A DNA stretch of 64,000 bases, from NCBI RefSeq assembly GCF_006345805.1, contig NC_042998.1:51398001-51462000 (forward strand), in the 5' to 3' direction. Position numbers and translations under genes: made by a program. Shown piece by piece: positions 24,421-37,090 of this stretch; positions within the stretch are counted from its first letter, which is position 1, and each line of letters starts with the position of its first letter. Under the pieces are notes generated by a model. The model did no database searches and was not told the DNA's origin. It saw only the letters and a program-made list of their open reading frames with translations. The stretch comes from Octopus sinensis (taxonomy: Eukaryota).

Positions 24421-25887
24421 TAAACACTTTGAAATTCTGGACCACAGAACTAGTTCAGAGCAATTGCTGAAGCTAATATAAGGCGCGAAATTTCTGAGTA
24501 TTCTACATCCTGCCAAATATATAATTGTTTACCTTGTTACAGGTTGTCTTGTTGCCAGCCTGGCAGATTTTATTGGAAAATTGCAAGGCAGCACTGACAA
24601 TAAGCTAATCAATATGAAGAACACATTTGATGCCTGTTTCAAGAGATCTATTTATGAAATTTACTGCTTTCACTATTGAACTTTTGCATCAAATCTTGCA
24701 CGCATGTACTTGTACAAGTATACATACATTCACACATACACACAGCGTACACATATCCACATTCAGAAAAATACATAAAATTTAAGCTTGCATACACATG
24801 TTTCTCCCTCCCTCCCTCCCTCGCTCACATGCACACACATACACACACACTTTGATTTTTAAAGATTATTTTACAAGTTTTAAAAATAGTTGTCATATTA
24901 GCATACTAAATCAATCTGTATTTTTGTGCTCTTCACAGTTTCAGGTAAGCCTGCTTCCGTTTGTGCCACTTGCTGCCAGAAATACAGTTTTGAAATACTT
25001 AGTTGTAGGATAATAAAATTTCCTATAGAATACCACCTGCTTCATTCTACACCCCGTTATTGCTTATTTACTTTTTGCATTCCTTTCTTTATTTGCTTGA
25101 AGCAATATCTTCAATGATTCCTGAACATTTTCTCCACAGTGTTTACATGTATGCCTCCTCTGTGTGTGTATGTGTAAATAAGTCGATAAAGAAGTCAATA
25201 AGTTGTTTCTCGGTCTTAAAATAAATGAGAATAAATGCATAGTTTTAATATCATGAAGTATTTTAAGGTGGTGCTCTGGCAGAATTGTTAGCACATTGAA
25301 CGAAATGCTTAGCAGCATTTCTTCTGGCTCTTTATGTTCTAATTTCAAATTCTGCTGAGTTCAGCTTTGCCTTTTGTCTCTTTGGGGTCAAAAAAATAAG
25401 TATTAGTCAAGTATTGGGGTCAATATAATTGACCTGCTGGCCTTGTGGCAAAATTTGAAACCAATATTATGAAGTATTTGGGTTCTACATTAAGAAGTCT
25501 TATTCATGTGTGTGTATATAAGAGAGTGAAAGGACTCTTTAGCCTTTTATGTGCCAGAGGAACAATGGAATGCACCCAGCTCATGCTGTTAAGTGGTTGA
25601 TAGTAGAAAGGATGTTGTTGTCGTCTATGTGTGACATCATCATCATTTAATCTTTACTTTTCCATGCTTGCATGGGTGAGAAAGAATTTTGCTGAAGCAG
25701 GTTTTCTACAGCCAAATATATCTGTTGTCAACCTTCACCTGTTTCCAGATAAGGAATTATTTCCCCATGGTGAGATGTTTTTCATGAAAAACTAGAAACA
25801 AACACCATTGCTTGTATGATGATGATACTCAGTTGCAACCCTTATGTGATGTCAAGACAAGAGTACACTTACTCATACACATATTTA

Positions 25888-25923
<36 letters not shown>

Positions 25924-26127
25924 GTTTGAATATACAGATACCTCTTAAAAGGGATGTTAACATCCAAGCTTCGCCAGTTTAATCTTGTATATCGATGTAA
26001 AATTTCAAGAGTCCAGTATAACTTAATAGTATTGGCATTTGTTGTTTATGTAGGCACCGATTAAGTATATTATGGAGTTTAATGATTTTTATGCTTCGAT
26101 ATATGGGCATATTTCTATATAATATAT

Positions 26128-26259
26128 TATAAGGAGAAAATGGAAAGTTTTAACTGATAAAATTCAATTTATTATCATATTGTCAAAATTCTCTGTAAGA
26201 ATTTTGACAGTATGTTAATGAATTGAATTTTATCAGTTAAAACTCTCCATTTTTTCCTT

Positions 26260-26262
<3 letters not shown>
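26128..26262. repeat. 65-bp fold-back hairpin with 5-nt loop
   Basis: Arms 26128-26192 and 26198-26262 match at 60 of 65 positions. Confidence 0.9.
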
Positions 26263-26307
<45 letters not shown>

Positions 26308-28826
26308 TTCTCTCCCATCAACCCGACAAAGACAAAGTATGAGTGTTCAGCTTTTGCCAATTGACCTGCACAAATGATTTGTTTGTAGTGATCAAATGTA
26401 TGTGCTGTACCTTTATCTCACTCCCTCCATCAGTGTATCATGCATCAGATGTTGAAGTGATCATAGAGCAATGTGGGATGAAGTGTTTTTCTCAAGAACA
26501 CAATGAACCACCCAGTCTAGGAATTAAAACCACTATCTCACAATTGGAAATGCAACACCTTAACCATGGGTTTCTTCCAGTTTCTTATTTCTTTATTGCC
26601 CACAAGGGGCTAAAGGGACTAAGTCAATTACATCGGCCCCAGTGCGTAACTGGTACTTAATTTATCAACTCTGAAAGGATGAACGGCAAAGTCAACCTCG
26701 GTGGAATTTGAACTCAAAACGTAACAGAAGACAAAATGCTGCTAAGCATTTTGCTGAGCGTGCTAACATTTCTGCCAGCTCACCACCTTATTCTTCCAGT
26801 TTCTGTCTACCCAGTGTACTCACAAGGCTTTGGTCAGCCTGAAGTTATAACAGAAGGCACTTGCCCAGTGTTCCACACAGTGAAACTGAACCTGAGACCA
26901 CATGTTTGGGAAGTAAGCTTCTTAACCACATTGCCACACCCACACCTATGTATATATGTAAAAACTTTGCCAAAAATACATGACATACACAACATTTGGA
27001 AGCTATCTTTGCTGTTATTTGATGATGACAAATTATGGAAAGCACCTTGATGTCATTGTCCAACCCATGCCAGCATAGAAAAAAGGATATACAACAGTGG
27101 TGATGATGATAATGTATGTACATATATGTCACTTTAGTGTTTGTAAAGAATAGAGCTATGGAATAAATAAACCCATATCACTAGTCATGGTTTCAAATAT
27201 TCCACCATTTCACTATGGTGTTTGGTAAATGATGTCCAATGTTGTTTTCTGTAGGTGATAAGGATAGCAGATCATTTGGAGTAAAAGACATTCTGTTTGA
27301 GTCTTCAAATATATATATTTATATATATTTAAGTTAAACATTTTTAGTAACTAATTGATATGTTTATGCCAATGTTGCAATACATTTAACATGGTGTCAG
27401 CATTGTCATCGTCGTCGTTGTTTTATGTTCACTTTTCCATGCTTATATGGGTTGGATAGAATTTGTTGAAACAGATTTTCTATGGCTGGATGCCCTTCCT
27501 GTTGCCAACTCTCACCTGTTTTCAAGCGAGGTAATTTTCTCCCATGCTGGACATAATTTTGTGGAAGCTTCAGAATGAAGGACACTGTATAATGGTGACA
27601 CTTGTTTACCACAGTCACGTGATGTCAGGACAAGAAGGCACCAACTCTCTCTTACACACACACAGAGGCTTCTTTCAGTTTCCACCTATCAAATCAACTC
27701 ACAAGGCTTTGGTTGGCCCAGGGCTACAGTAGAAAATACTTGCCTGAGGTACCACTCTGTGGGACCGAATTCAGGACCAAGTGATCAGAAAGCAGGCTTG
27801 TGGACCATGTAGCATATTTCAGGAAACTGTTTTAGATATTGAATGTAAAATAAGTGTCAGTGAGGTTGTGCTGACTGGCAGCAAACATTATTTAGCAAGC
27901 TACCATAACAGCCACTACTTCTCTGAACTACATAGTTACAAACAGCCTTTAACCATATTAACCTGACAAACTTGTTTTCCCTCCTCACATTATCACCCAA
28001 TCTTTCATCTTCTGAATATAAACTGTATTTATCTCACCAGTGTTGTGGACTCTCAAGGGCTATGAGCACAGTTCATTCCTTTTGACTAAGCTATAGAAGA
28101 AATAAATAATATGTTGCCCTGTTGAAGTTTGGTGTCATTTTGTGAAACAACATGTTTGTCAACTGAAATCCTATCTTTTTTGCTTTGCTTGTTCTCTTAT
28201 CTATTATCTAGGGTACAACCCAAAGCATGTTACTGTTGTAAGTTTTGAATGATCATTATAGCCATTCCTTATAAGGTATAAATATTGGAGAAAGGAAAAG
28301 AAACAGGATGTCTTTGTGTTAACAAATGAACTAAATATATTAGAATAAGGACGAGACCTAGTATTTAGAGTGTTGCACTCACAGCTGTGAGATCGTAGTT
28401 TCAATTCCTAATTGAGTCATGCGTTGTGTTTTTGAATAAAATACCTCATCTTACATTACTCTGCAGTCACTTTGGCACCTGATGTGTGGCACACCATGCA
28501 CCTGTTCAGGCAATGGTGATTTGAGGGAGGGAATGAGCTAATGTACACCGCATACATTTGATCTCTATAAACAAATCATTTTGTGCAGGTTGTTTGGCAA
28601 AAGCTGAACAGTCATACACCATCCTTGCCGGGAGAGCCCATCAGAGTAGAATATATTTTCAAGAATGTTGGTTCTTTATTCAAATCAAAACCAAAACATA
28701 CACACAAACTCTTGCATACATGTGTGTGTGTTATTCTTTTACTGGTTTCTGTCATTGGACTCCATCACTTACAGTGGTTTTAGTCAATGCAATTTATCCC
28801 AGTTCTTTGTCTGATGTTTACTTTAA

Positions 28827-29047
28827 CACTTTAGCATTTAAACTGACCACATCTAACCCATATATTCTATCTGCTTTATGTTCAAAGTGACCAGATCTGA
28901 CCTCTTTCACCTATACTACAATGTCATTCTAAAAACAAACAGTCACATCATTGAAATCTCAAAGCTGCAAGACAAATGCATGAGAAATTCAAAATAATTT
29001 GAATATATAAGCATTACATTTGACAGAGTAATCTAAATGCTAAAGGA
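28827..29047. mobile_element. piggyBac-like MITE (type 1)
   Basis: TTAA|CACTTTAGCATT ... AATGCTAAAGGA|TTAA. Confidence 0.75.
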
Positions 29048-29371
29048 TTAATAACCCTCAAAGGGAGATATAAAGTGAATTCAACACAACATGTAGGGAT
29101 GTATACAAGATCGTTTAATATACTTCAATATATTGAGGTCCAAAATTATCAAATCTTAATTTAACTGTCAATAAATTTATTGCACGTGTATGTGAAAGAA
29201 ATTGTGAGAGGAGTTTAGAATGGTGCTGCTTCATTAACTGAGTTACCTACATTATCATATAATGCGAATAATGAAGCTGTAAAATACTGGATTCCGGGCT
29301 GAGATATGTGGCACATTGCTGTATTCAAGAAAGGCCACCCATCATAACAGAATTGAGATCCTAAAACCAAG

Positions 29372-29643
29372 GTGCCACATAAAAGACATTGGTGTGGGTG
29401 CAGGTGCCACATAACAAGTACTCAGTACACTCTGCAAAATGGTTGGCATTAAGAAGGGTATCCAGCTGTAGAAACCAATCCAAAACAGACTATTGAACCT
29501 GGTGTAGCTCCTGGCCCTGCCATTTCCTGTCAAGCTGTCCAACACATGCCAGCATGGAAAACAGATGTCAAATATTGAGGATGATGATGATATATATATA
29601 TATATATATCATCATCATCGTTTAATGTCTGGCCTCCATGCTA

Positions 29644-29645
<2 letters not shown>
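29372..29645. mobile_element. Tail-to-tail pair of RTE-tail elements across (TA)n
   Basis: + copy ends (GAT)n at about 29590; a short - copy begins (CAT)n at about 29610. Confidence 0.7.
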
Positions 29646-29686
<41 letters not shown>

Positions 29687-29749
29687 ATAAACAAATGGCA
29701 ACGAATCAACAATGGGAACGTTTGCAAAAAGAACCAGTGCAGCCTGAAA

Positions 29750-30860
29750 ATCCACCAGATCAAGACGAAATGCATGGAAGTAGTGCATGTGCCAGAGTGC
29801 ATATGAATTAATCTTGGTGAAACACTGAAGGAGCTAGGGCCAGAGTCAGCCCACAGTCCCTGAAACCTCCAGGTGTTGTAAGCCCCAGACCCAAGCTGAG
29901 TAATAGAACAGTGTTGATTGAAGAGGCTTCAAGCTAACAAGGATGAGGAGTGGTGCCACATTGATAAGAAGATTGACCACATCTTAGAAGTAACAGCTAA
30001 AAGGAATGCTAACCATCACCTCCAGGTAAGGACATTATTATCATCAGCCTAGCAGCTGAGAGGTTCAGATTAGGGAATTGAAATTACTCTGTTATGAGTT
30101 ATATACCCAGCAAAATTCACTAACTCAGGTAAGAGCTTCAGAGCTTGAGATGACAGTTCAAGGAAGAGAATGGATTTCTGATGGATCCTGCAGAATATCT
30201 TCCACTTCTTAAGACAGCAGAAAGAGAGAGCCAGGAAGCAAGCTACCTTCTAGCTCACTCATATGGGTTCATGAAACAGCTGCTCAAGTAGGTATGCAGT
30301 GGCTGAGTCACCTGTTTCAAAGATGAGATCAATATTCACTTCAGTGTCACTTTCAGTGTTAATTCCAGGAGCCAAAACCTAGGACACTGCAAGTTTTTCA
30401 GTCATTCACCTCCATCAACTATGGAATCTGATAAGAGTCCTACTGGAAAGATATCCAGGATATAGTCAAGAGCAAAGTGTATAAGAACTGCCCTAGGTTG
30501 TCCCACAGGCTCTGGAGGATCCTAAAGGTGATTTGAAGAAGAGGTAAGGTGGCTCACCTGTGGAAGTACACAGACAGGGTGTGGATTCTGAATGAAAAAG
30601 TGTCAAAGACTATCAGTTAGTTTAGAACGATCTCATTATTTAGTGTTTAAGATATTTTTATGCGTTGTTATTAGGCACTTGAGGGGCTACTTCCTGAGGA
30701 ATTCTTACATTGATTCCTCAGCTCATAAAGTAGGTATCCCAAAGATATCAAGCTATCCGGTGGTTTTAGGTGTTGTTACCCATTTAACCAAAGAAGCTCA
30801 AGAAAATGAAGGAGATCTTGCAGTGTTGTGGCTGATTATTGTAAATGACTATGTATGTCA
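29750..30860 (+). mobile_element. HERO-like RLE non-LTR retrotransposon fragment
   Basis: DEEWCHIDKKIDHILE, ERARKQATF..YGFMKQLL, KVYKNCPRL..RLWRILKVI, FRTISL and YIDSSAHKVGIP...GVVTHLTKEAQENEGDLAVLWL follow the HERO ORF/RT motif order as I recall it; stops and deletions present. Confidence 0.75.
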
Positions 30861-31529
30861 CATATGTATTCACTGATGAACTCCTATCTGCACAATAAAT
30901 TCATTGCTGCTAACTATCACTTTAGTAACAGCATTCCTGTGCATGGCTTAAACAGCTCTCACTAGTCATTCATCTACCCCTAGCTACACAGCAACCACAA
31001 TAACCACCAGATTAGAGAGCAAGGCACCTAGTCAAAGTCAACAAATGCTAAGTACAGAAGTTTGTTTACTTATTGCTACATACTTTTCCTGCAGTTGCCA
31101 ATTTATAAAGAGAGTAGCAGTAGTGCTTCTCTCCAGTAAAATACTTCAAAATATTTAATTCCCATTCAACCTTGATCTTCCCTTCTCACTTATTTGCTAC
31201 TGTCAGTTTGTATTATTATCATCATCATCATCATTATCCTTTAATGTCCATTGTCCATACTGGCATTGGTTGGACGGTGTGACAAGAGCTGACAAGTTGG
31301 AGAGTTGCACCAGGTTCTAGTCTGGTGGCTGGATGCCCTTCCTAATGCCAGCCACTGTACAGTGTGTGCTGGGTGCTTTTTATGTGACACCAGCATAGGA
31401 ATTTTACCGGCCAATACTTTGCCCCTGAGGGGTGTCCTTAACACATCTACTGCGGAGGACAGATCTTCTTGAGTACAGCCATAACACTTTTGCATATTTC
31501 ACATAGTTTATGTTAATTGTTTGAATTAA

Positions 31530-31830
31530 ATATTCATTGCAGAGCAGTTGTCTCTCTTGATTGTTTCACTTGATACTTTTGATATCCCAAATTTTTCTTC
31601 AGCTTAATTTATGCTTCATCTGACTCTCAAGTTCAGAGAGCATATCCAGCAGCTCACACTTAACTCATCCCTCTTTTCTGCACTTCTGATTTTAAGACCA
31701 AAGCCCTACTACCATACAGTATCACATTTTTGATAGTTTGCCTTTCATACAGACAGAGCTTCATAGTGAAGATGAGAAATTTATAGAAGCAACTTTTCTA
31801 TTTCCCAAACAAAAGTATTTGCTAGAGGGT
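31530..31830 (-). mobile_element. RTE post-RT remnant
   Basis: VILYGSRALVLKSE resembles MLYGSETWALKAED; downstream LGIKSI..QERQL-like segment. Confidence 0.5.
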
Positions 31831-33143
31831 AAGAAATGTTAATCGATTGTGCCTTCTTTCCAAACTTTATGGCCTCATATTGGTGTTAAAAAATCAATAT
31901 TCACTAGTTGTTGGTATGCTGAAAATACCTTGGTATTCATATTTGATATTTTTTGACACTTTCATATCTGCTTAGTTACTAAAGAATACTTTGTACTATG
32001 AAATTGCTTAGAGTTTAACAAGTTAATATAGTCATTGTTTTTAAAATTTTTTTTTTATATGGCATGCCCTCTTGTTGAACTTAAGAGTCATCTCTTTGCT
32101 TCCTCCACTTCCCTCATACATTCACTATTGGAACAGTACTGTTTGCGAATTAAGGTTACTTATAACAATTTATTCTTTTTGTATTTGTATATCTATAAGC
32201 ATAAATAAAATTGACAAAAAGCAAACATGTCTTATAAGCTGAAAGTATAAATAATGGGATTAGTTATGTATCCCTCCTTTTCTCTCTCTCTCTCTCTCTG
32301 TCTTAAGACTGCTGTGACTTAAATGACTTAACTTTTGTTTTTAATGTAAAGTTCTATTTATTTTTTGTTCATTTTTTTCTTTTGCAATATCTAGTTATAC
32401 CCCATTATGCAGCTCCTATATGTTGTTGGTGAAGGCGCATGGCTTAGTGGTTAGGAGTATTTGGCTTGTGATCATAAGGTCCCGAGTTCAATTCCTGGCA
32501 ACATGCTGTGTTCTTGAGAAAGACACTTTATTTCGCATTGCTCCAATCTGCTCAGCTGGCAAAAATGAGTAGCACTTGTATTTCAAAGGGCCAGCTTGTC
32601 ACATTCCATATCATGCTGAATCTTCCTGAGAACTACGTTAAGGGTACACACTTGTGTGGAACGCTCAGCCACTTGGCATCAATTTCATGTACAAGCTTTT
32701 CTATTGATCAGATCAACTAGAACCCTCTTGTCATAACTGACAGAATGCAGTTATATGTTGCTAGGATTTTTACAGTGTCTCAATTTAGAGGTACTTGTGT
32801 CATCTTTGAAGCATAGTATATTTGACGAAGATTACTTGCCAATAACTATCTCCAAGTTTGTCTTTATTACCAAAAATCTTATGTTCTGCTAAAATCTCTT
32901 CTATAAACCCAATGACTCACTTGTTAAAGAAATAATCTATCTTTTTATTAGATATCTGAGACGCACCTTTGCTTATTTATGCTATAGTCTATTCTTCTTT
33001 GGTAGTTATTGAGTTTTGGGTTGTTGTTCTTTTTATTAAACTACAGCTTCTATTTGAAAGTTATCTTGGTTTATACTGTAGATAAAATCTGCATTCTAGA
33101 TTTTCTTGTAGCCTTTCTTACAATTTATAAGATATTATCTTAA

Positions 33144-33365
33144 CCTTTTTGATACCATCCTGCCCGAGACTATCCCTGGCTCTATAACACAAACTTTCAG
33201 TTATAGAGTGATCCAAATTGAAACTTACCCTCCAAATTCCATGTTAATTTATGTTCCAAACTCCAGTTTAATAATAACAAAGTTATTCTATTAAATTCTT
33301 CATTATTTCCAAAAATTGATTGAAACAAAGGCAATGTGTTTCAACAGAAATATGGTAACACAAGG
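33144..33365. mobile_element. piggyBac-like MITE (type 2), uninterrupted
   Basis: TTAA|CCTTTTTGATACC ... GGTAACACAAGG; homologous to 10390-10821. Confidence 0.65.
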
Positions 33366-35244
33366 TTTCAACTATATTCTCTGAAACCAGGAACAAATGT
33401 CTTGATAACCAAGAAAGTGTCCATGACCTAATATCTTTGGTAGTTAGACTCACATATTTCATACTTGTTATCATTCATGCTGTAGTCTTTGTTGTCATCA
33501 TCATCATCACCAAAAATTTAATGGTCCTCCCAAACTAATGAGATTCATACTGCTAATGTCCAACCTGAACTTCTGCTGGTCAGTGTCTGCACGAGAAGCA
33601 TGAATAGGTTCTAATGCTTGCAATGAAATAAACTCTGCTAAAAGCATCCAACGACCTGATAGTACTATTAAACCAGACCATTCCATTGCTCTCATCTTTT
33701 TCTGTTTCTTCTATAAGGCCTTTTAAAAGAGAAATTATAAGAATATATTTCATTGTGTATTGTATTCATAAAGGTTGTAGAAAAATGCAAAGAAGTTATT
33801 TATACTTTTTTAACAAGTTTATTATATTTCTTAGCTTTTTAGTAAATGACAGATAATAATCTAATGATGTGTTAAGATCAATTTCTCTTCTTCTGTATCA
33901 TGCAGAATAAACTACATTGATAGGCAGTAATTTGTAACACTTGATAATAGTTATTGATCACCCATCAATTGATTCATGGATTCTATACATCATAATTCTT
34001 TATTTCTTGTTTTACTGGGTTTTTTTCTTTGTCTGCTTCTCCTTCTCCTCAAAAGTTACTCCCCAACTTTCAAAGATAAATTTATTGCATGTTTATTCTT
34101 TAAAGATTCTAAAGCAAGTTGTTCTTTATAACTCTGTTTTGATAGTATCACAGAATTAAATTTATTGTTATGTCCCATATATGTTTTTCTTTTCAATTTC
34201 TTCCTCCTGTCTCTTTTTCTCTCTCCTTTTTCTCCCTCTCCAAAAAATGCATTTTCCAAATTTCTGTATACAATATTCAGAACACTTAAGAGACTCTACA
34301 TTCTATGTTAATCAATGAGAATTCTATACACTTTTTTAGCTTTTTACATAAATAATGACCAACATATGATTGTAGGAGTTTATTTATTTATTCATTTATT
34401 TTTTGGTGTAAAAAGAAAAAAATTCTATACCAATTAATCCTCAGTGGTCAATAAGATATTTCTCTTGTGAATATGCAGACATCATGTTTTTCACTTAAGT
34501 GTTTAATTAGACAACAGAACAAGTGTTACAGTTATTTCATTTCTTTCTTTCTCACCTCAGACTCATTAATTGTTAAAGATTTTTCCAGACAATTTGTATA
34601 CTATCAAGGACTTGGAAGTGTTTGCTTTATAGAATATATTATCAAAATAGTGCTTTTATTGAATTAGATTCTCTCTCTCTCTTTCTCACTCATTCACTCA
34701 CTACATATATGTGTGTATATATATATGTATATATATATATGTTGGCTTCACTTAAAAAGCACCTGTGTTGGCACCACATAAAAGCACTCATGCAGGCACC
34801 ATGTGAAATCACCTGTTCTGGCTCCATGTAAAAAGCACCTGTGCCATGTAAGACCACCTAGTACACTCTGTAAAATGGTTAGCATTAGGAAGGGCATCAA
34901 GCCGTAGAAACCAAGCTAAAACAGATGTCTTTTTTTTATAATGTAAGGAATTTTTCTTTTTTATCTAACGCGAAAATGGTTTTCTAACAGAGTATGTAAA
35001 TATTCTTAGTCATACATGCATTCACACACACACATACATGCATTTATTTAATGGGCTTCTGTGCAGTTTTCAGTTGACCTGAGGTTATTTTAGATGACAT
35101 TTGCCTAAGGTGTAGCACAGGGGAAGAACTTGAGATCTTGTGGTTACAAAGCAAACTCTGGATCCACACAACCATGCTTACACCTAGGTACTGGCATGAT
35201 TGTGTGATTAAGAACTTCACTTTGTAACCAATCATTACCTTTTT

Positions 35245-35490
35245 TTCTACTACATCTTCTTTGACCTTAAGGCAGTTAATGATGATACCGCTATACCAGT
35301 CATTGAATATTATGCCTCTCTGCACTAACTTATTGACTGCGTGTGTGACTAGCATGAGTTCTACTTTGCCTCAGCTACTTTTCCTGCCTTCAAATTCTTG
35401 ATCACACTTTTGACCATATAACTGTAAACTTCAATGGCTGGTTCCTTTATTTGAATCAGCTGCTGTAATAGATCCACTTTTCCACGTGCA
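35245..35490 (-). mobile_element. RTE RT fragment
   Basis: VKSVIKNLKAGK..., LVTHAVNKLVQRGIIFNDWYSGIIINCLKVKED matches RTE RT domains 0-1. Confidence 0.75.
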
Positions 35491-36622
35491 TTCTCCCCAT
35501 TGAGCAACCTCTTATAAAAGAATTTATATGCCTCCAACTATTTGTTACAAATAAATCTGGGACTAATTGTACTGATAGAATGTAGGTCTTAGTTGTATTC
35601 AAGATTATATATTTTGTCTAATTTTGTTTTTGTTTTTACCCCCCTTTTTTTTATTGATCAATGAGAATAAAACTTTTAATGAAAGAATTTGGAATTAAAA
35701 ATGTGAAATAATATGAAACAATTACATGTTAATCCTCCTACTGAAATATTTCTTCTGAATGACTATGATTACAGTTGCAGAATTATTTAAAGAAAAAGAC
35801 TGACTGAGATGAGGAAGACAAGGAGGGGATTTGTGTAAAAGATAAAATAGTGGGAGTTTGTATAAAAACAGGTTAAGGGCATATTTGAATAAAGTAATTG
35901 TTTTAATGTGGGGAAAAGGAGATGTGGCAGTATTAGTCTGACAGAGAGAGAAATAAGTGTTAGAGAAGGAATTTGTTAAACTTAACAAAAAATAATTAAA
36001 AGTTTGCAGGAAAATATGTCGGAAAGCAAGAGAACAATGCAGCCCAGCTCTGACTGAAAACAGAAAAAAAAAAGGAAGAAAGAGAGAGAGACAGAGAAAC
36101 TATGTCTACAAAACTTATCTTATTGCATGCTTTCTTCAATAATAAGCTTCTTTTGTCTAAGACCTGTTGATGGAAGTTGTTGTAAAGTGATGAATTGATG
36201 TTCTGAGTAAGTTGTTTTAATAGCTCTTCTCTTGCCTTCATGAAGGGATTCCAGATTGATTGGCAGATTAAGCTGCAATTGATTCCAACTTTATGAATGA
36301 AAGCATTGCCTGTCAGGCCATCTTAACAAGCTACCATCACTTCTGACACTTTCATCATTAGCATCATCATGCAAAAGCTGATAATGGTAAAGGTTTAGAC
36401 TAGTTGTTTTATAGCATCTAGTTTATTGTTTAAGTGTAGTGAGTTTAAATTATGCAAATACTGTTTTTACCTTGCTTCTGTTTGACATTTTACAAGTAAT
36501 ATATTAAAGTCAGTTTAATAAAACTCTGTTCTCTCTTTTCGTTATTGACCTCATCCCTGATCAAATAGAAGTTATTATTGCCATTTTTATCATCTTCAGT
36601 TAAACATATAAAGATTTCTTAA

Positions 36623-36837
36623 CCCTTTAACATTCGGATTACTCTATCAAATGTAGTAATTATTTATTTACATTGTTCTGAATTGATCATGCATTATCTC
36701 ATAGCTTCAATATCTCAAAGATATGTTTGTATATTTTTAGAACGACATTGTAGGATAGGTATGAGAGGCAGTATCTGTCTAGTTTGTATATAAAACAGAA
36801 TATTTGGCTGGATATGGCTGTCTTATATGCTGAAAGG
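36623..36837. mobile_element. piggyBac-like MITE (type 1)
   Basis: TTAA|CCCTTTAACATT ... ATGCTGAAAGG|TTAA. Confidence 0.8.
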
Positions 36838-37052
36838 TTAAGACAGTGATTTCTAATGCCATAATTTGATGCTAAGTTCTCTACATTTACTTATACTAAA
36901 TAACTTTGGAAAAATTGAGAGACCCAATGCTATCCCACTATATACAAGTTGAACAGTACAGCCTCCCATTCTCTGTTTGATACTCTCCATATAATGTGGG
37001 ATAGCAGTGGATGTCTCTATATTCAGGCTCCATTATCTCTTTCATTATATTG

Positions 37053-37090
<38 letters not shown>

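Noticed and set aside
31753-31828. 76-nt open exon-like segment TELHSEDEKFIEATFLFPKQKYLLE
   Set aside because: It is the antisense strand of an RTE remnant; no recognisable protein.
33580-33591. CxxU-like TGC AGA CAC TGA suggesting a selenoprotein
   Set aside because: No thioredoxin-fold context, no match to selenoprotein families I know, no SECIS identified, and another stop follows 8 codons later.
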